Part shown: one piece after another, positions 49,801-62,621 of the stretch
Layout of the letters: each line of letters starts with the position of its first letter
Numbering within the stretch: the first letter of the stretch is position 1
Assembly (NCBI GenBank): GCA_002633005.1
Contig: NMRA01000013.1
Coordinates: 329,506-393,505 of the forward strand
Direction of reading: 5' to 3'
DNA: 64,000 nt
DNA from: Phoronis australis
Taxonomy: Eukaryota; Animalia; Phoronida
Position numbers and translations under genes: made by a program
The notes under the pieces: model-generated
Told to the model about the DNA's origin: nothing
The model's database searches: none
Seen by the model: the letters and a program-made list of their open reading frames with translations, nothing else

Positions 49801-52800
49801 CGAACGGGAGTGACGACTGTGACACCCCTATTTTGTTAACGTCCGCGTCTGTGATCTCCTTACCCCTTTGCTGGGTCCTTGTTGTATTTGACTAGTCTTG
49901 AATTCCTAAAATGTAACAATGGAAGAAACGACTTTTGGACGGAACGGACTACTATTGTTCCCCCTATTGGCAATTTTGTTTTCATGTTGTCGTCTGCCTT
50001 TGTATCCGCCAAACCTGCTTAGATGGTCATTATTACAATCGATAAACGTTTTCCTTATCACAAGAGCAAGGCTGACGTTGATCTTCGGACGGGTTCTACT
50101 ATAGTGGTGGTCGTAGTGACATTTTGTTGTAGCTGTGGTAGTATCTTCAGGGTAGTTTTAAAATCGGGTAAGTGTGGTCCAATAGATGAACCTGCTATCG
50201 CTGTCAGCGTTCGAAGTAATGAACTGAAATTTGGAAATGCGAGATTTTGGACACTGAGCTCGAACGTATCTGGCAATTCTTTACAAAGCAACTTGTGTGA
50301 ATCCGGTCGTTATTTGGTTGTTGCCAAGTGAAAGGCTATAGAACACAAACCGAGAACAGCCCGCTCGATAAACTGACTAAAGTGCAATACTGAAAGTGGT
50401 TCTCTGCCACTGAAACGGACTTAAACCTGCTCACCAGATATTTTTTTTTGTGTTTGTTCGTATAGACTTATTCTCTCGAGCAAAAATACTCCCGCAATCA
50501 AACTTTCTGATTCGAGAAGTTCTTCGTTCATTTGCCCAAATCGGAAACTGGCCATTTTTACACGGGTCATGCCTGGAGGACGCGACGTCATGTCCCCGGA
50601 ATGGGTTTGACATATTTTGCGCTACCTTGTGTCAATTTTCATTATACCAGGAATTCGTTACCACATGCATGCATCCAGCGTTTAATATGAGGGGCTCGAA
50701 TATCTGACGATGTGGACCTTTAGCTACCAAAAGACAGAAGGACTAAAAAAAACGGGGTACCACGTTCAGGTGTGTTTGTGTGTTGCGCCTTTTTAGTGAA
50801 CTTTTGTCTTGTTTTCCCGGACTCTTTGTTTCTCTGAGGCGGACCTTTGTGCCCACTTCGCCAAATGGGGGAGGGGGGTCGTTGGAGCCCCCGAGCCCCC
50901 CCCCCCCGGGTGCGCGCATGTACCAGCAGTGGCGGAGCTAGGATATTACGAGGGGGGCCCAACATGTTGTCTGAAAACATTTGTGCAAAGCACGATTAGA
51001 TGCGCATGGCACCGAATGGTGAACCCCCCTCCCGCCCAGGAAAATTTTTCTGTTTTTTCCTCTAAAAATCGAGCATTTTCCTTGATTCCTGAAGTATTAT
51101 CCAAGAAAAAAGGCAAAGAAAAAAAAAAAAACACGGCGAACGTGTCAAACATGAAAAAGTACAATTATCACAGACTCGAACTCACGACCTGGCGGAAAGC
51201 GATAGTGTACACGTACTTTACCACTACACCACCACGACTTCACACAAAATATAATGATGAGAGACCTACTTGGTTATGGTCCACAGCGTTTGCGCGCGAA
51301 ATCTACTTCTTTTTGTAATGCTTATTACACTTTTTATACTTTGTGCAATCAGTTCGTAACAAATTTGTTGTATTTAGAATAGTCTTTAGTTGCCCAAAAG
51401 ACCAAATCCGTTTTTTGTGTTGGCACTAATGACGCGATTGCTTTGGAAATCGTATTAAGCTAAGGTTTGACAAAGAGATAATTATGAGTTTCTGAGTGAT
51501 TCACTGAGGCTTCGATTAAAATTCACATCTTACCAGCAGCTTCTGTCTTTTCATCGTCACTTAGATTCCATTTTCTTTAAAAAAATGAAGTTCTGTAATT
51601 TTCTTTATTGCACAGTGAAGCAGACGACGGAAACGGAGTCGTAGTGTGCAGCGGCACTGCCGGTCGCCTGGGATATCGCGGGAGAGCCTATACTAAGCCA
51701 TAGTTTTGTTACCATTGAGCCGTGTTCCGAATTTGACACTTGAAATTGGATCTGAGCCCCCCTCCCCCCCCAAACGCACTAAAACTGCGCACATTAATAT
51801 CTTGTTTCCGCCGTATAATGTTAATCACCGGGGTTAATTAATTAACTCAACATTTCCCTACGCTCTTGCTGTTTTATTTTTTCCGGCAGCCAGGGGGGAA
51901 GGGGGCCGGGCCCCCTGCCCCCCCCCAATCCGCTTATGACCAGGGTGGTAATGCCTTCCAGATTATACTAATAAGCACCTGCAGAAGCTTTCCGTTTATC
52001 GTGCAGTCGTCGCAACGTTTCAACGCTTTGTACTATGTATTGCTTTTGTACAGGACTCAAAACAGGCACTGTGCATGTACATGTATTTTCAGGTTGGTAT
52101 ATGCGCTGGGAATGGTATAAAGACGAACGCAGTCATTACCCAAATGGACGACCCCATAGGAATGAAAATTGGAAACTCTTTGGAAATAATAGAAACCATT
52201 GAGTGCCTTCGAGGCAAAGGACCTTCTGATGTTCTGGAGTTAGTTTCTGTCTTAGGTAAGAAGTGTTTATTGTTTCGACCAATTCCGTACTGTATGTGTG
52301 ACTAATCAAATTAACAACGGCAGAAAAAGTTTACTAGATTTGTGTTTATTGTTTTTTGTTGCGTTGACATGTACAACACATGAACATGGTGACTGTATAT
52401 TGCTACAATCCTCATCAATGCATCCCTAGAGGCATTCGACATTTGCAACAACCCTGGTGGCCACGTTGGGTTAATTTTTCAAGTTCCCCATTCTTCACTC
52501 TAAAGCTCCTACCCGCAGACTCTACACGGTAGTTAGCATGTAAGACTCGTTCCTCTCCAGCAGACTCAGTCGGCTTCATGGACGCAAGTTGCCCTACTTG
52601 GTACATGAAAAGTTGGGAAAAGATTTTGCGCAGCGCGGCGCTTTATTTGGCTGCTAAATAACACCGGACAGCGAAGTACGCAGAGTTCGATCATGAAGGT
52701 GCTGACGAGGCGTTGCGATATTAAGAGAGCGGAAATGATATTGACGAGGTAACAACAAGTGGTGGAGACAACACAAGACATCGATCCCACACGGTAAAGT

Positions 52801-55800
52801 TCCCCAGAAGCGTACCATTTTACTCCATACACACACCCTGGAAAATGTTCCATACCCGGTGACCTACCTGCAGTGTGGCGAAGTTTAGGGGTACTAGTCA
52901 GGTGATTTGTACACGTGGATTCATGTTTGCTAACTGCTCCTGGAATGAATTCGAAGATTAAGGGATGGTAGCTGGAACTTGAGGGCCGTCACGGAATTGT
53001 TGGCTACTCCTTGACAAATATGAGCCCCCTGTTGGGAGAGTCAGCCTTAGTTGCTTAGTTTCTTGATGTCAATTTAACGACCAATCATGAGTTAGAAGTG
53101 ACTGGAATGGGCTTGAACTTAGATGGGTAAGATGATTTGGAAGACCAGACTGATTTGGTCAGATTTTTCACCATGCTGAGCTACGATGTGAGTTGTAGTC
53201 TATGGGTAATATCTCATTATTATTTTTGCGAGACAAGCATTTATTCAATTGCACTCAAAGATTTTAATTATTGTTTTGCTTTTTGGATGACTTTCTTGGG
53301 ATACTAAAATAGTTGTGCAACTGCACATGTGCTGCAGCCAAAACGAAAGTGTTTTGCTGGAGTGACGTATTTGGCCACTGGAAATATATAGACGGTTTCT
53401 GACGTGACGTGTTTGTAGGACCAGTATGACATACATGTAAAATCTTAGTAGATAGTAATGAATAATGTTCTTTATCCCATGCGCTTGGAATCAGTTGAGT
53501 GCAATAGGGCCATGGGATATTGATTTCCGTATTCCCCTCCCGACTACTTCTACAGTGCCCTCTGACATGAAAGTTCAAAAGGTACGTAGGTCCATGTCGA
53601 CTCGACGTCTTTAGCTGGTTCGAACATCAAACGTTTCAAAATAGTTTAAAGTAATACAATTCCAGCTGTATAAATAACACTTAACATGCAATACGTCCCA
53701 AATGTAACATCTGGAACAAAATTGTTCATTACATGACACTTCTGTCTCACTTTTCAATTGCTAAATATTACATCGTCTGCAACTGAGACACCGATTCTTC
53801 GGTAACTACAATATGTCGAGTATTGTTGTTATTTAATTATTTTCAGGAAATGTTACACGTTCAAAGGCACAATTACCGTTGTTTTTATCTTTTGTTATCT
53901 CTTTTCAAGTAATAAATCGTTACATATAAAACTGGGTTTTTTACTAGAAAAACATGTAACCTAACGCGTAAGTACTTACTTCGCCACGTGAACAATCTGG
54001 GTGAAGTATTAAAACAATCTGGCGAAAAATGAAAGAAACTTATGACTTCTAAGCGTTCGGTATAAATACAAAACCCACCTCGATTGGTGAAGTTCGGTCG
54101 ATACGCAGAATAATACCTCGTGAGTTATTACTTCTTCTACACCACTCTCGGTACGTTTTGTGTATGTCTTTAAGTGTTGCACTGAAAAATTTGCTTTGCA
54201 GTTTGCAACTAGAATACTTCATCACTATGCCATAGACCCTTTTCACGCCGACATGAGGCGCGTTCCAAAACGAGGTTCGCAACGATAGCTCTGGTGGCTT
54301 ATCCGCGCAGTTGTACTTCGCGTTGCTCGAACAGCTAGAAAAAATACGGACACTCATGACAATTGTCTGTTTTACAATCCCTAAGGACGTTGGGATTCGG
54401 AATCGTTGGGTCCTTGCCATACGCCGCGACGAAGGAAAATATCATTTTGTCCGTGTAAAATTTATAACTGTTTTGCAATCATAATTTGTCGCATCTCGGT
54501 TGCCGCCATAGCATCGAGAACCGGATAATCTTCGGCCAGCGAGGCTGCGTTTTCATGACTATGGGTTGAAGCGCGATGCATTTTTCTTTACAAAACGGAC
54601 AGGGCACTCAATCCCTCAATTTTGGGGCCTAATATCGGCCCTATTCCCCTCTCAAAAATATTGAAAAATCACGCGAAATTCCCGGCCCCACGAGGCCTAA
54701 GAATTCCCTTAGTGATTGAAAATTTCTCTCCAACGGTTCTAATCACCTGTGACCACAGAGGTGACAATTTGAAAAAGTACAAAAACATAGGTGAATTTAA
54801 GGGGGCGCCCCCCCCACTTGACTGCCGCAAGCAAGGCAGCAAAATGTGAAGCGGGAGGAAATCAGTGGCTGAGTTCGAGCTAGGACCGGTAGCGGACGAG
54901 GGGGAAAAACACGTTCCGTTTTATTTTTATAGTCCAACGACAGATTTCCTGAGCAGAAGGTATACATCCTTGGCGCCCGCAACTTCCGGGCCGCCTGCGT
55001 GCGTACAATCGAGCTTTGCCCGCTTCTCCGAGGATGTTGCCCCCCCCCCCGAGTCATGGTATCCTAGATCAGCCACTGAAAATGCTACTTGAGACAGAGC
55101 TATGAGAGATTGCAACAAGGCGGGGTGCTATTGATGATGATCGGGAGGTCAGCAGATTTTTCACTGACCCGTCACTCGGTGAAACGTTCCCCTCTCAGAG
55201 GCCGCACACTGGCACCTTTGCCCTCGGATTTGAACAAGGCCTCTGAAGAAACATGATAACTATGCTTGTTCCAGGGGGGATCCAGGACTTTGAGTTAGGG
55301 GGGGGGCAAGGCAGAGTATTACCCAGGACTTTGTCCGTCAGACATTCGCACTCCTGAACTGCCAAATGGAATCTGGGAGAATTTTAGGGGGGCATGCCCC
55401 CCTTGGCTCCCTTCTAAATCCGCCACTGTGTTCTGCTCAGTTAACTGAAATTGAGCTCTGAAACGAGGTTATGCTGTGGACGAAAGAATTAGGTGTTTTA
55501 ATTTTAAAATTCAACTTGGTCGAGATTGATATTTGAAAAATATAATACATGAAATAGACGTAATTATTAAACCCAAGAAAGCAGAATTGATGGTCATATA
55601 ATTTTAGTTTCAATTGCGAGCCTGGATTTTTATCGTAATCAAAATATATATTTAATAACATCAAGTATTATTTCAGATCAATGACAAATCAACTGTTAGT
55701 CCCGGTAGTCCCTACCTACCAGGACCTAGGCTATGCTTGAAGCTAATAGGCCTACTCTTGATCAACAAATTAAACCAGATATGACTAATGCACATGACAG

Positions 55801-58800
55801 CAAAATGCTATGAGCCACCGCTGTCGAATATATCTTCAACTCGTCAACAATACTACCAGATGACCTGGTTCGTGTAGACGGCATTTTTATCAAGAATTTA
55901 TTAGAAGAAATGTAACCCTGCATTCAGCATGATACCTAATCCGTAACACTACGATCACCGCAATTTGGTCATGTTTACTTTTCATGTTTCGAACCTAGTT
56001 TTCCGAAAAAAAATATATCCTTTCGTCAGACAACTCTTTGGTGCATTGACTTGTTATTTAACTGTATTTTTCTACGTCTCTGTGGTCAATTATTGACACA
56101 TTTTTTAAGATTTAATATTCAAGTTGGACTCCAAAGACCGGTCATTTAACTCACGCAATGTAAATTTCCGCTTTGTTTATCGCAGTGAGCCTCGCTTTGG
56201 ATTTTAATGTCAGCCGCGTGAATTAGGTTTATAAGGTGGCTTCTGTAGTTCGAGGTTGGTTGTCATTCCATCCTTAGTTACCCTTGCAAATTGAGCATAC
56301 TTTGACAAATTTGTTCAAGACTTTTGCAAACATAATGTAGTCAATATCTATTATTTGGGTAGCAATGGCTTTTTGTAATACCGTAATGAATGAAAGCCTG
56401 AACATTGCGACACTCCTTGGTGAACGGATTTAACGCGTCTAATTGCGTTCGTGTCTCGTTGCTTTTTTAAGGTGGGCACCTCTTAAGTCTTGTCGGAAAA
56501 GCCGAAAATGAGCACATTGGTGCGCAAAAGATTCGGGATGCCATTTGCAGTGGGAAAGCGATGGAAAAGTTTCGCGCCATGCTGAAGGCGCAGGGTGTTG
56601 ACCCGAGCACAGCCGATAAGTTGTGTGATTTTAATGACGTAGCCAGCATATTGAGGCCAGCAAAGTTTGTTACATCGTTGAAAAGCAAGGAAAATGGTGA
56701 GTTACTATGCGAAAGTATCCGATGGTGAAAACTCTTTCGAGAAAACGCTGTAGTTTTACGTCGAATTACAAACAGTTGGTTTCAAAATAATCTGGAGAAG
56801 TCAAAATTTGACGTATATTAGCCAATTGCATTAATACAAAAGTAGCGGCTGTGTGCCTGATTCGTTTTATCGAATTTCGTCCTGCTTTGCCTGATCGAAA
56901 TCGTGACAAGTTTGCTTTTGGTAGGCGAAACTTCGCTTGTGTAAGTTCAGTCGATGTCCTACCAGTTTGTTGACCGTTGGGTGTTTGATACATTCGTTGT
57001 TAAATTGCTCCTCACGTCATTCTTCTGGAAATTACAACCCACCAACACTGTGTCGATATGGAGTGTGACGTCACTATACTCGGGTATTCAGGAGATTCCG
57101 CCACTTATCTGTGGAACATTACATTAGGTCAAAAGTTTAATTGGGAAATCACCTGTTCAACTCCTTCAGAGCATACGTGGCTATTATGCATGTGCTTTGG
57201 GTCTTATTTATTATTTTTTTGATTTATTATTTTTTTGAAAATTTCCTGTTTGGACAAATACTAAGTGAATTGGCCAAAGCCACATTAATGGTCTAGGCTT
57301 CGGAGTAGGCCAGTTGCTAGGGGCGTGACGTAATCACTTTCCGTTTCTATATTCGAGCTTATACAAGTGGCTTCTGCGATTCTTGACTTTGGTCACGAAA
57401 TGCAGACCGATGTACATGTACGCGAGCAGGAAGAGAAATTGTTCTAGCTATACACTTGTTATTTTAACCTTATTGATGTAGTTGCAACGTCTCCAATGCG
57501 TTCCGTTGATGCGGTAACCTCGCAACAACTCTAGGTCACGTCAAACTTCGCGAGGTATTGCCATGAACTACAAGAGAAGCACGTGATCACACTCGCTCCA
57601 CTCGCTAGATTCTTGGGTATACAGAACTCATCCCAGGTTGATGCGTACTCAGATGGACGATGTTTGTCGGGCTTTTTTGTAGTATTACATCTGAAGATGA
57701 CGTACTAAGTCCTCTTACACAGCGTCATCTATTGCAGGCTAATTGGCTACAATGAGTTGATGAATGAGGCAAAATTAAGGCCTCCTTTCATAACTTTTGT
57801 TTTGTTTGCACATTCAGGTTTTATTCACGCAATCGACTGTATGCCACTTGCAAGAGTGTCGTGCGAACTGGGCGCAGGTCGTAAAAAGGCGGGGGAATCA
57901 GTCAACCACGCAGTTGGCCTGGAACTTGAGCTTCATGTGGGATCACAAGTGAAGAAAGGTGAGATACTTGACTTGTTCTGGGAATCGGCTTGTCTATGCT
58001 GAAGCTTATGTAAAAATGTCCCATCCAAAGGAAATGCCTGGGAATGGGAGCGCTTTCTTTTTCAAAATTTATTTTTTTTACTGAAGACACCTTCGCCTTA
58101 ACGACTTTTATACCCAAAATAATTGCATTGCTTCCCTGCCTTGTTGTCCTGCGCATCGAAGACATGATTGTGTTGGATATTTTGGACAGCATCACGTCTG
58201 CTGGGGAGTACATGATGTAAATTTGCTTGAAAATATCCGTGGGAAGACTGTCTTTCACATCTCCTTCAGGCGCCACCGCTTTATTACCCCTCCACCCGAT
58301 CGCCTTAGTGAGTGGTTTATCTCTTTTCTGAGTTTATCCTCGGACGTTCTCATCGTCGATGTACTTGGCAGGTTTAATATAATAGCTTAGAGCTATCAGG
58401 AAGACATTACCAGTACAGACCAGTTGGCAAATCAACAATTTTTGGCTATAATCCAAAAAGATGCAGAACTTCAGCTTAATGGGGCTATTCGGAGAATTCT
58501 CCTCGCGGTGTCGCTGCTGTACTAGTGGTGATTGAATTGCGCATGCGTGGCTGTCTGCATGTAAACAACTGGTAAAAGATGGAATTTTTATCAAAATACG
58601 TCGTCGCGCTAAGCCTTATTACTGCTAATTTCCCTGGTGCAAGTCTTCGACAGGTGGCCACAAATTCCCAAAAGACCTAAGGTTACTATATTCGTGGACA
58701 ATTGCGGTCAACAGGGTCAACTAACTGACAAAAAGTGTGTGGATGCTGAAGCCCCGTGTGTGCTNATACCCACTCCGGTATTCCATAACGTATTTGCATG

Positions 58801-61771
58801 GAACTTCCTCCTCACGACACAAATGCCCCATAGATTGTGGCCACCAAACTCCAGTCCCGGGAACTAAACGTCAGATGAAAAAGCCCCCCCCCGTCCCGCT
58901 GTATGATCGGATCCACAAGTATCTCCCAGGTTTGCAAAGCACCTTCTCAGTCAGTGACATAGTAAAATAGGTTTGTTTGTGACTTCAAATAAGTTTATCA
59001 CCGACTTCATTGGTGACGCCCAATCACGACCTTTTCAGATCAGTGTATGTTTCCCTGTCTCCACCATTCCTCCTCATCGTTTGCCCCTAACCTCCCTCAT
59101 TCCCCACCTTTTAATCTGTTTCTGATCGCTGCTCATTCCACCATCGCCGTGATTTACGCGCCTCAATAATTTGTTCGCGGTTCTCGACAACCTAAGAAAA
59201 TGCAAACAAATACGCAGGCGTGAGGTCTAGGCTGAATGGCTCCGCGGCGCAACTGTGGTTTCATCGACGAGGCGCTGGAACGTCAGTCACCGAGATCGTC
59301 AAAAACCCCTTCTCATCCTCAACATGGACAGATTTATTTGGACAGGGGCAAATGCCCCGATCGGCACCGGCGTTTCGCCACCATCCCTTTCGCCATTCTA
59401 ATGCACGTTACATTTCAGCGTCCCGGTTCAGGTTACGTCACTGTTGCGCCTGACCCCCGTCTGCCGCGCGTTTTCGGCTGTCATGTACAATGAGGAAATT
59501 GACTACAGCGCTGTTTTCAATAAGATATTTCAGTGATGGTTTTAGTCCTTAGCCGCGCGAGATCGAACTTGGCATTGCTCTACAGTTCTATACTTCGATA
59601 ATACGTTTTACACACGTCAGTGGTATCTAGCGGTAGACATAGAAGGTCGATGCTATAGGAAAAGTCTGGGATTCATGTAGGTGTCTTTTGTAAACATGTC
59701 ACATCCAAAGCACACCAGCACCGCTAATGTGCGATCATCAGGTACCAAATTCATGGTGTTATTTTGTAGATAACGACTTCAACATAAAATCTCAATGCTT
59801 GGATGGTTGACAGCTTGAACAATTTCTTTTTAATACATTTGAAAACATGTTAAAGTGCACTTAGAAGTTGCCCCTTACTCGTAATGTCTTTCTGAACTTA
59901 TTTCTTGTCTGTCGATCCTAAAAAGCCAAAGCATTAACCCATTCTGAAGTAAAGCTGTATGGCCTTCTGTCAAGAAACTAAATTTTGCTATAGAACACTC
60001 CATGGCTGGACAACAACTTAAAGCTGCCGAACTCAGGGGCATATTTCTTAACTTCTAAACACGGCTCACGAGCACGAAAAAGTCAGTTTAACGCCTCACA
60101 AATTCGTATTTGTTGGACTCATAAACGTCGTTCACGGACTTCCATGTTCGTGTAGGTTGCGGTCAGTGAGCTGTGTTTGTTAGTTGGTGAATTGTGGGTT
60201 TAACTGTTGATGTTTGTTATGGTTGGTGAACGTAAATTACGTGCGTAAATTAACTTCAGTTACGCCGTAAATAATTGATTTACGTCGTAACTTATTAATT
60301 CACGCCGTTAAAAGTTAATTCACGCCACAAATAATTAATTTAATCCGTTAAAAGTTAATTTACGCTGCAAATAAGTAAATTACGCCTTTAGAAGTTAATT
60401 TACGAAGTAAAATAATTAGTTTACGCAGTTAATAAGTAACTTACGCCACTTACAAGAATTAATTCACGCACGTAATTTACATGGGTAACTTTCATCTGTT
60501 TGGCCAACGATAGTTTGTGGCCCCGTCAACGTCGTTGTTGATCGATGAGCCGTGTTTGTGTTGTTTGTGAGCCGATGAGGTGGGTACCTCGGGCCCAAGA
60601 CCTGTGTTTATGAATGGGAACTATTATCATGTGTGCCACAGACGCGTTGTTTCCACCTCTCGTACTTAGATCCTGAGAACAACCCCAACTTCTTCCTGCT
60701 CAAACTGGAGATAATTCATCACCTTTGAAAGGCGCCTGACTGAGTTCGTTACTGATGTTTCGACTAAGCTCATGGAGTGGGCTTTGGGTCCTGTGGCATG
60801 TCGTACCTAGCTCTCTTCCTATTACTAGTATTTCCGAGCTCTTTTTAAGCCCAGAAACCACTTCTGTTTTTGATACTGGAGCATGTTGACGCCCGTGGTT
60901 TAAGCCACAATTAAGTGCATGGGTTTGGCCTATAGCAGCTTTAACATGGCCCATCTCAATCGTTACCAAACACCTCTGGTACTGGAGATTTTCCAAGGTA
61001 TCCGACAATAGGAGAAATTAAGGTTGCTTGATGACAGCACTGTAAAATGACTGATCGGGGACTTTGGACTCCTCCGAGTCCTCACCTGGGAGTGTGGGCT
61101 ACCAACTAAACCCCAGACGTGGGGTCTTTCCGAAAGAAAGTTTGAAAAATTATTAGCCTTAAGCAGAGCTCTTTCCGAGTTACTTTGCATGTCTGTTGCT
61201 TTTGGAAAGTATGCACACCAGGTGACACTCCCTTAGAATAGATATACGGGGTGTGCCTCTGAGAAGGGTGACAAAACTCCAACAGATATTCCAAAATTCT
61301 TTGAGATAATTTTTGGCTCAATTGATGCAGTGGTGTTGTCGAGTCAAATCAGGTCCTTTGTAAAATATGAACTTTGACAACATGGAATCGTACAACAATC
61401 ATATGCAGTAAAGCGTCCCGACGTTACCCTTGAAGGAAATGCTTTGTTCTCTGTCGAACCTACAGTACACTGTAGTTCTTCAACCTTAAGTACTAGTAGC
61501 CGATTTGAAGTTTGACTGAAGTCATTATTTCAAACAATTTACCATGTGCCGTCGACGAACTGCAGTTTTCAGGCTCTCTCTGATTTGAATAAAACGTGAT
61601 AAAATGTGTTTGCTCCATTCAGGAGAGGTATGGATACGAGCTCACCATGACGATCCACAGCTATCCAGCGACCACATCAACCAAGTACAGGAGGCGCTAG
61701 TGGTCAAGACTGAAAAGTGTGATGCGAAATCGCGAATAATTGAAGTTGTGAAAGGATCAAAAGCCTTGTAA
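37713..61771 (+). CDS. TYMP: Thymidine phosphorylase / pyrimidine-nucleoside phosphorylase, full gene, 448 aa
   Basis: 8 exons: 37713-37839, 44001-44203, 45112-45340, 49101-49210, 52093-52255, 56472-56696, 57818-57958, 61623-61771 (1347 nt, GT-AG and phase-consistent). Motifs: [57 protein letters not shown] and LGAGR. Confidence 0.95.
40150..40257. repeat. Degenerate (AAT/AGT)n trinucleotide tract
   Basis: aataatgataat...agtagtagtagtggt...aatagtaataa. Confidence 0.6.
40630..40780. repeat. Cluster of aaatgtaaca/tgttacattt direct and inverted repeats
   Basis: aaaatgtaaca recurs at least four times, interleaved with its reverse complement. Confidence 0.55.
41990..42242 (+). mobile_element. Dispersed repeat, CpG-retaining copy
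   Basis: Homologous to 22215-22460. Confidence 0.65.
42274..42531 (+). mobile_element. CATGCGC-terminal MITE with 5-bp TSD
   Basis: catgcgcgtac ... gtgcgcgcatg with TSD CATAT. Inverted copies at ~50715-50920 and 62622-62879; fragments at ~32394 and ~35300-35370. Confidence 0.75.
42896..43793 (+). mobile_element. CAGTGGCGGA-terminal element with 5-bp TSD, copy 1 (spans a gap)
   Basis: cagtggcggatctag ... ctaaatccgcctatg with TSD AATAA. Homologous to 50927-51938. Confidence 0.8.
44001..44203 (+). CDS. TYMP: TYMP exon 2
   Basis: AFLMAVYL...[27 protein letters not shown]. Confidence 0.95.
45112..45340 (+). CDS. TYMP: TYMP exon 3
   Basis: [25 protein letters not shown]...[23 protein letters not shown]. 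Confidence 0.95.
45468..46320 (+). mobile_element. Old degenerate HINE
   Basis: 5' hairpin tgcgcccacatagacttgcgggcgcattatg, a decayed (gtcc) tract and attttcatgaaa core remnants. Confidence 0.55.
46749..48773 (+). mobile_element. Helentron-associated interspersed element (HINE/DINE-1/pearl-like) with tandem core
   Basis: 11-bp subTIR atgcgcccaca (46754) / tgtgggcgcat (48737), a 5' internal inverted repeat, (TCCG)n at 46796-46850, ~3.2 copies of a ~451-bp core, a 3' stem-loop caacgc-tcc-gcgttg and T-rich ends. Confidence 0.85.
49101..49210 (+). CDS. TYMP: TYMP exon 4
   Basis: [36 protein letters not shown]|gtaaac. Confidence 0.93.
49366..50130 (+). mobile_element. Old degenerate HINE
   Basis: cccacatgtacatatgtgg head, plus core remnants such as gacttttggacggaacggactact and cccctattggcaattt. 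Confidence 0.5.
50927..51938 (+). mobile_element. CAGTGGCGGA-terminal element with 5-bp TSD, copy 2 (complete)
   Basis: cagtggcggagcta ... aatccgcttatg with TSD ACCAG. Colinear with copy 1 on both sides of its gap. Confidence 0.8.
52093..52255 (+). CDS. TYMP: TYMP exon 5
   Basis: [44 protein letters not shown]. Confidence 0.94.
52420..53200 (-). mobile_element. Possible heavily decayed LINE reverse-transcriptase remnant
   Basis: Only faint frameshifted echoes of RT motifs in the expected order (ANxxPVYK-like, LVNII, YFA). Confidence 0.25.
54301..54490 (+). pseudogene. Decayed THAP zinc-finger coding fragment
   Basis: Frameshifted SCTSRCSN ... [26 protein letters not shown] ... CNH matches the THAP pattern C-C-P-W-C-H. 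Confidence 0.5.
54600..55241 (+). mobile_element. CAGGG-terminal element copy 2 with nested MITE
   Basis: Homologous to 3967-4269. Nested cagtggctga ... tcagccactg element at 54863-55078. Confidence 0.6.
55272..55428 (+). mobile_element. Short MITE with 5-bp TSD
   Basis: cagggggga tccag ... ctaaatccgccactg with TSD TGTTC. A related copy starts at 32319. Confidence 0.7.
56472..56696 (+). CDS. TYMP: TYMP exon 6 (missed by the ORF track)
   Basis: [10 protein letters not shown]...[16 protein letters not shown]...LKSKEN+g|gtgagt. Confidence 0.92.
57818..57958 (+). CDS. TYMP: TYMP exon 7
   Basis: [36 protein letters not shown]. Confidence 0.93.
60231..60481. mobile_element. AT-rich MITE with internal tandem aattaac/ttacgcc repeats
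   Basis: TIR gtaaattacgtgcgtaaattaa / ttaattcacgcacgtaatttac. Same family as 34335-34560. Confidence 0.65.
61623..61771 (+). CDS. TYMP: TYMP exon 8 (missed by the ORF track)
   Basis: ttcag|[29 protein letters not shown]...[13 protein letters not shown], ending in TAA. Confidence 0.88.
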
Positions 61772-62621
61772 AGACACTGCATGTGGAATGAATTTTGTGG
61801 GTCTTAGAGGACTCGACTTGGGCGACTGGGCCGCACGTCTCCCCTTTCAATTCAGTCAGGTGGTTTTCCCCCGCCCCCCCCCCCCTCCGCTTCACAACAT
61901 TCAGGGTACTGCGTGTTTTCAGGTTGACATTAAGTATGTTATGATTTGTGTATGTTGGTAGCAAGTTCTGTTGAAGGAAACTCTGGCCTCTTTCGGTTGT
62001 GTTTTTGCAATGAGTACCGGCAAGGTGTATCCCACGGGAAACGTAGGTAGAAATCTGTTCGCATAGAGATTGGCACTGAGACTGGCTGATCCAATGTTCA
62101 CTTTGTTTTTCTTTATTATAGTAGAGATAATGAAAAGCATTTGTCAGTAACCGACTGATGTGCGCCCAAGGTACGATATCCATGCGACCTGTCAACAATG
62201 AGTGCGTGTCATTACGACGTATGAAAGGACTTAGAATCGGTAGAATCCAGTGTTTTAATTGTAGTCAATAACACTGACATTTCGCTGTAGGAATATATTA
62301 ATACCGGTGAAAGTACTAATGTTGCACTCAGGGACCTGGTAATCATGACGGGTTATTTGCAGAGGTGGAACAACACTTGTTGAAAAAGTATCAAGACACA
62401 TGCGCGCACACGACCTTTGAATTATCCGCACGAACATTGAATCATCCTCACGTTTCATTAGCACTCTTCGTTGACTTAGTAATGAGGGGTCGCTTGTTTT
62501 GTTTTTCGTTCAAGGAATTGTGTATCTTATGTGTGGAAGAAGCACTGTGGGTGTACCTGTATTGCCTATTCACGGTACTACGTGTTTCTTTGGGAATGGT
62601 TTGCATTAACTCTGGTTACTG

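Noticed and set aside
56014-56024. U12-type ATATCCTTT donor motif
   Set aside because: It lies mid-intron with no adjoining exon, and the TYMP model is complete with GT-AG introns.
58000-61500. Decayed retroelement coding remnants in TYMP intron 7
   Set aside because: Coding-like composition and short minus-strand ORFs, but no RT, RNase H or recombinase motif I could support.
61757-61771. Peroxisomal targeting signal on TYMP (SKAL)
   Set aside because: The terminal tripeptide KAL does not fit the PTS1 consensus.
37713-61771. Recent bacterial transfer or contamination of a deoA-like gene
   Set aside because: It has seven spliceosomal introns full of host repeats, and TYMP is a known metazoan gene.
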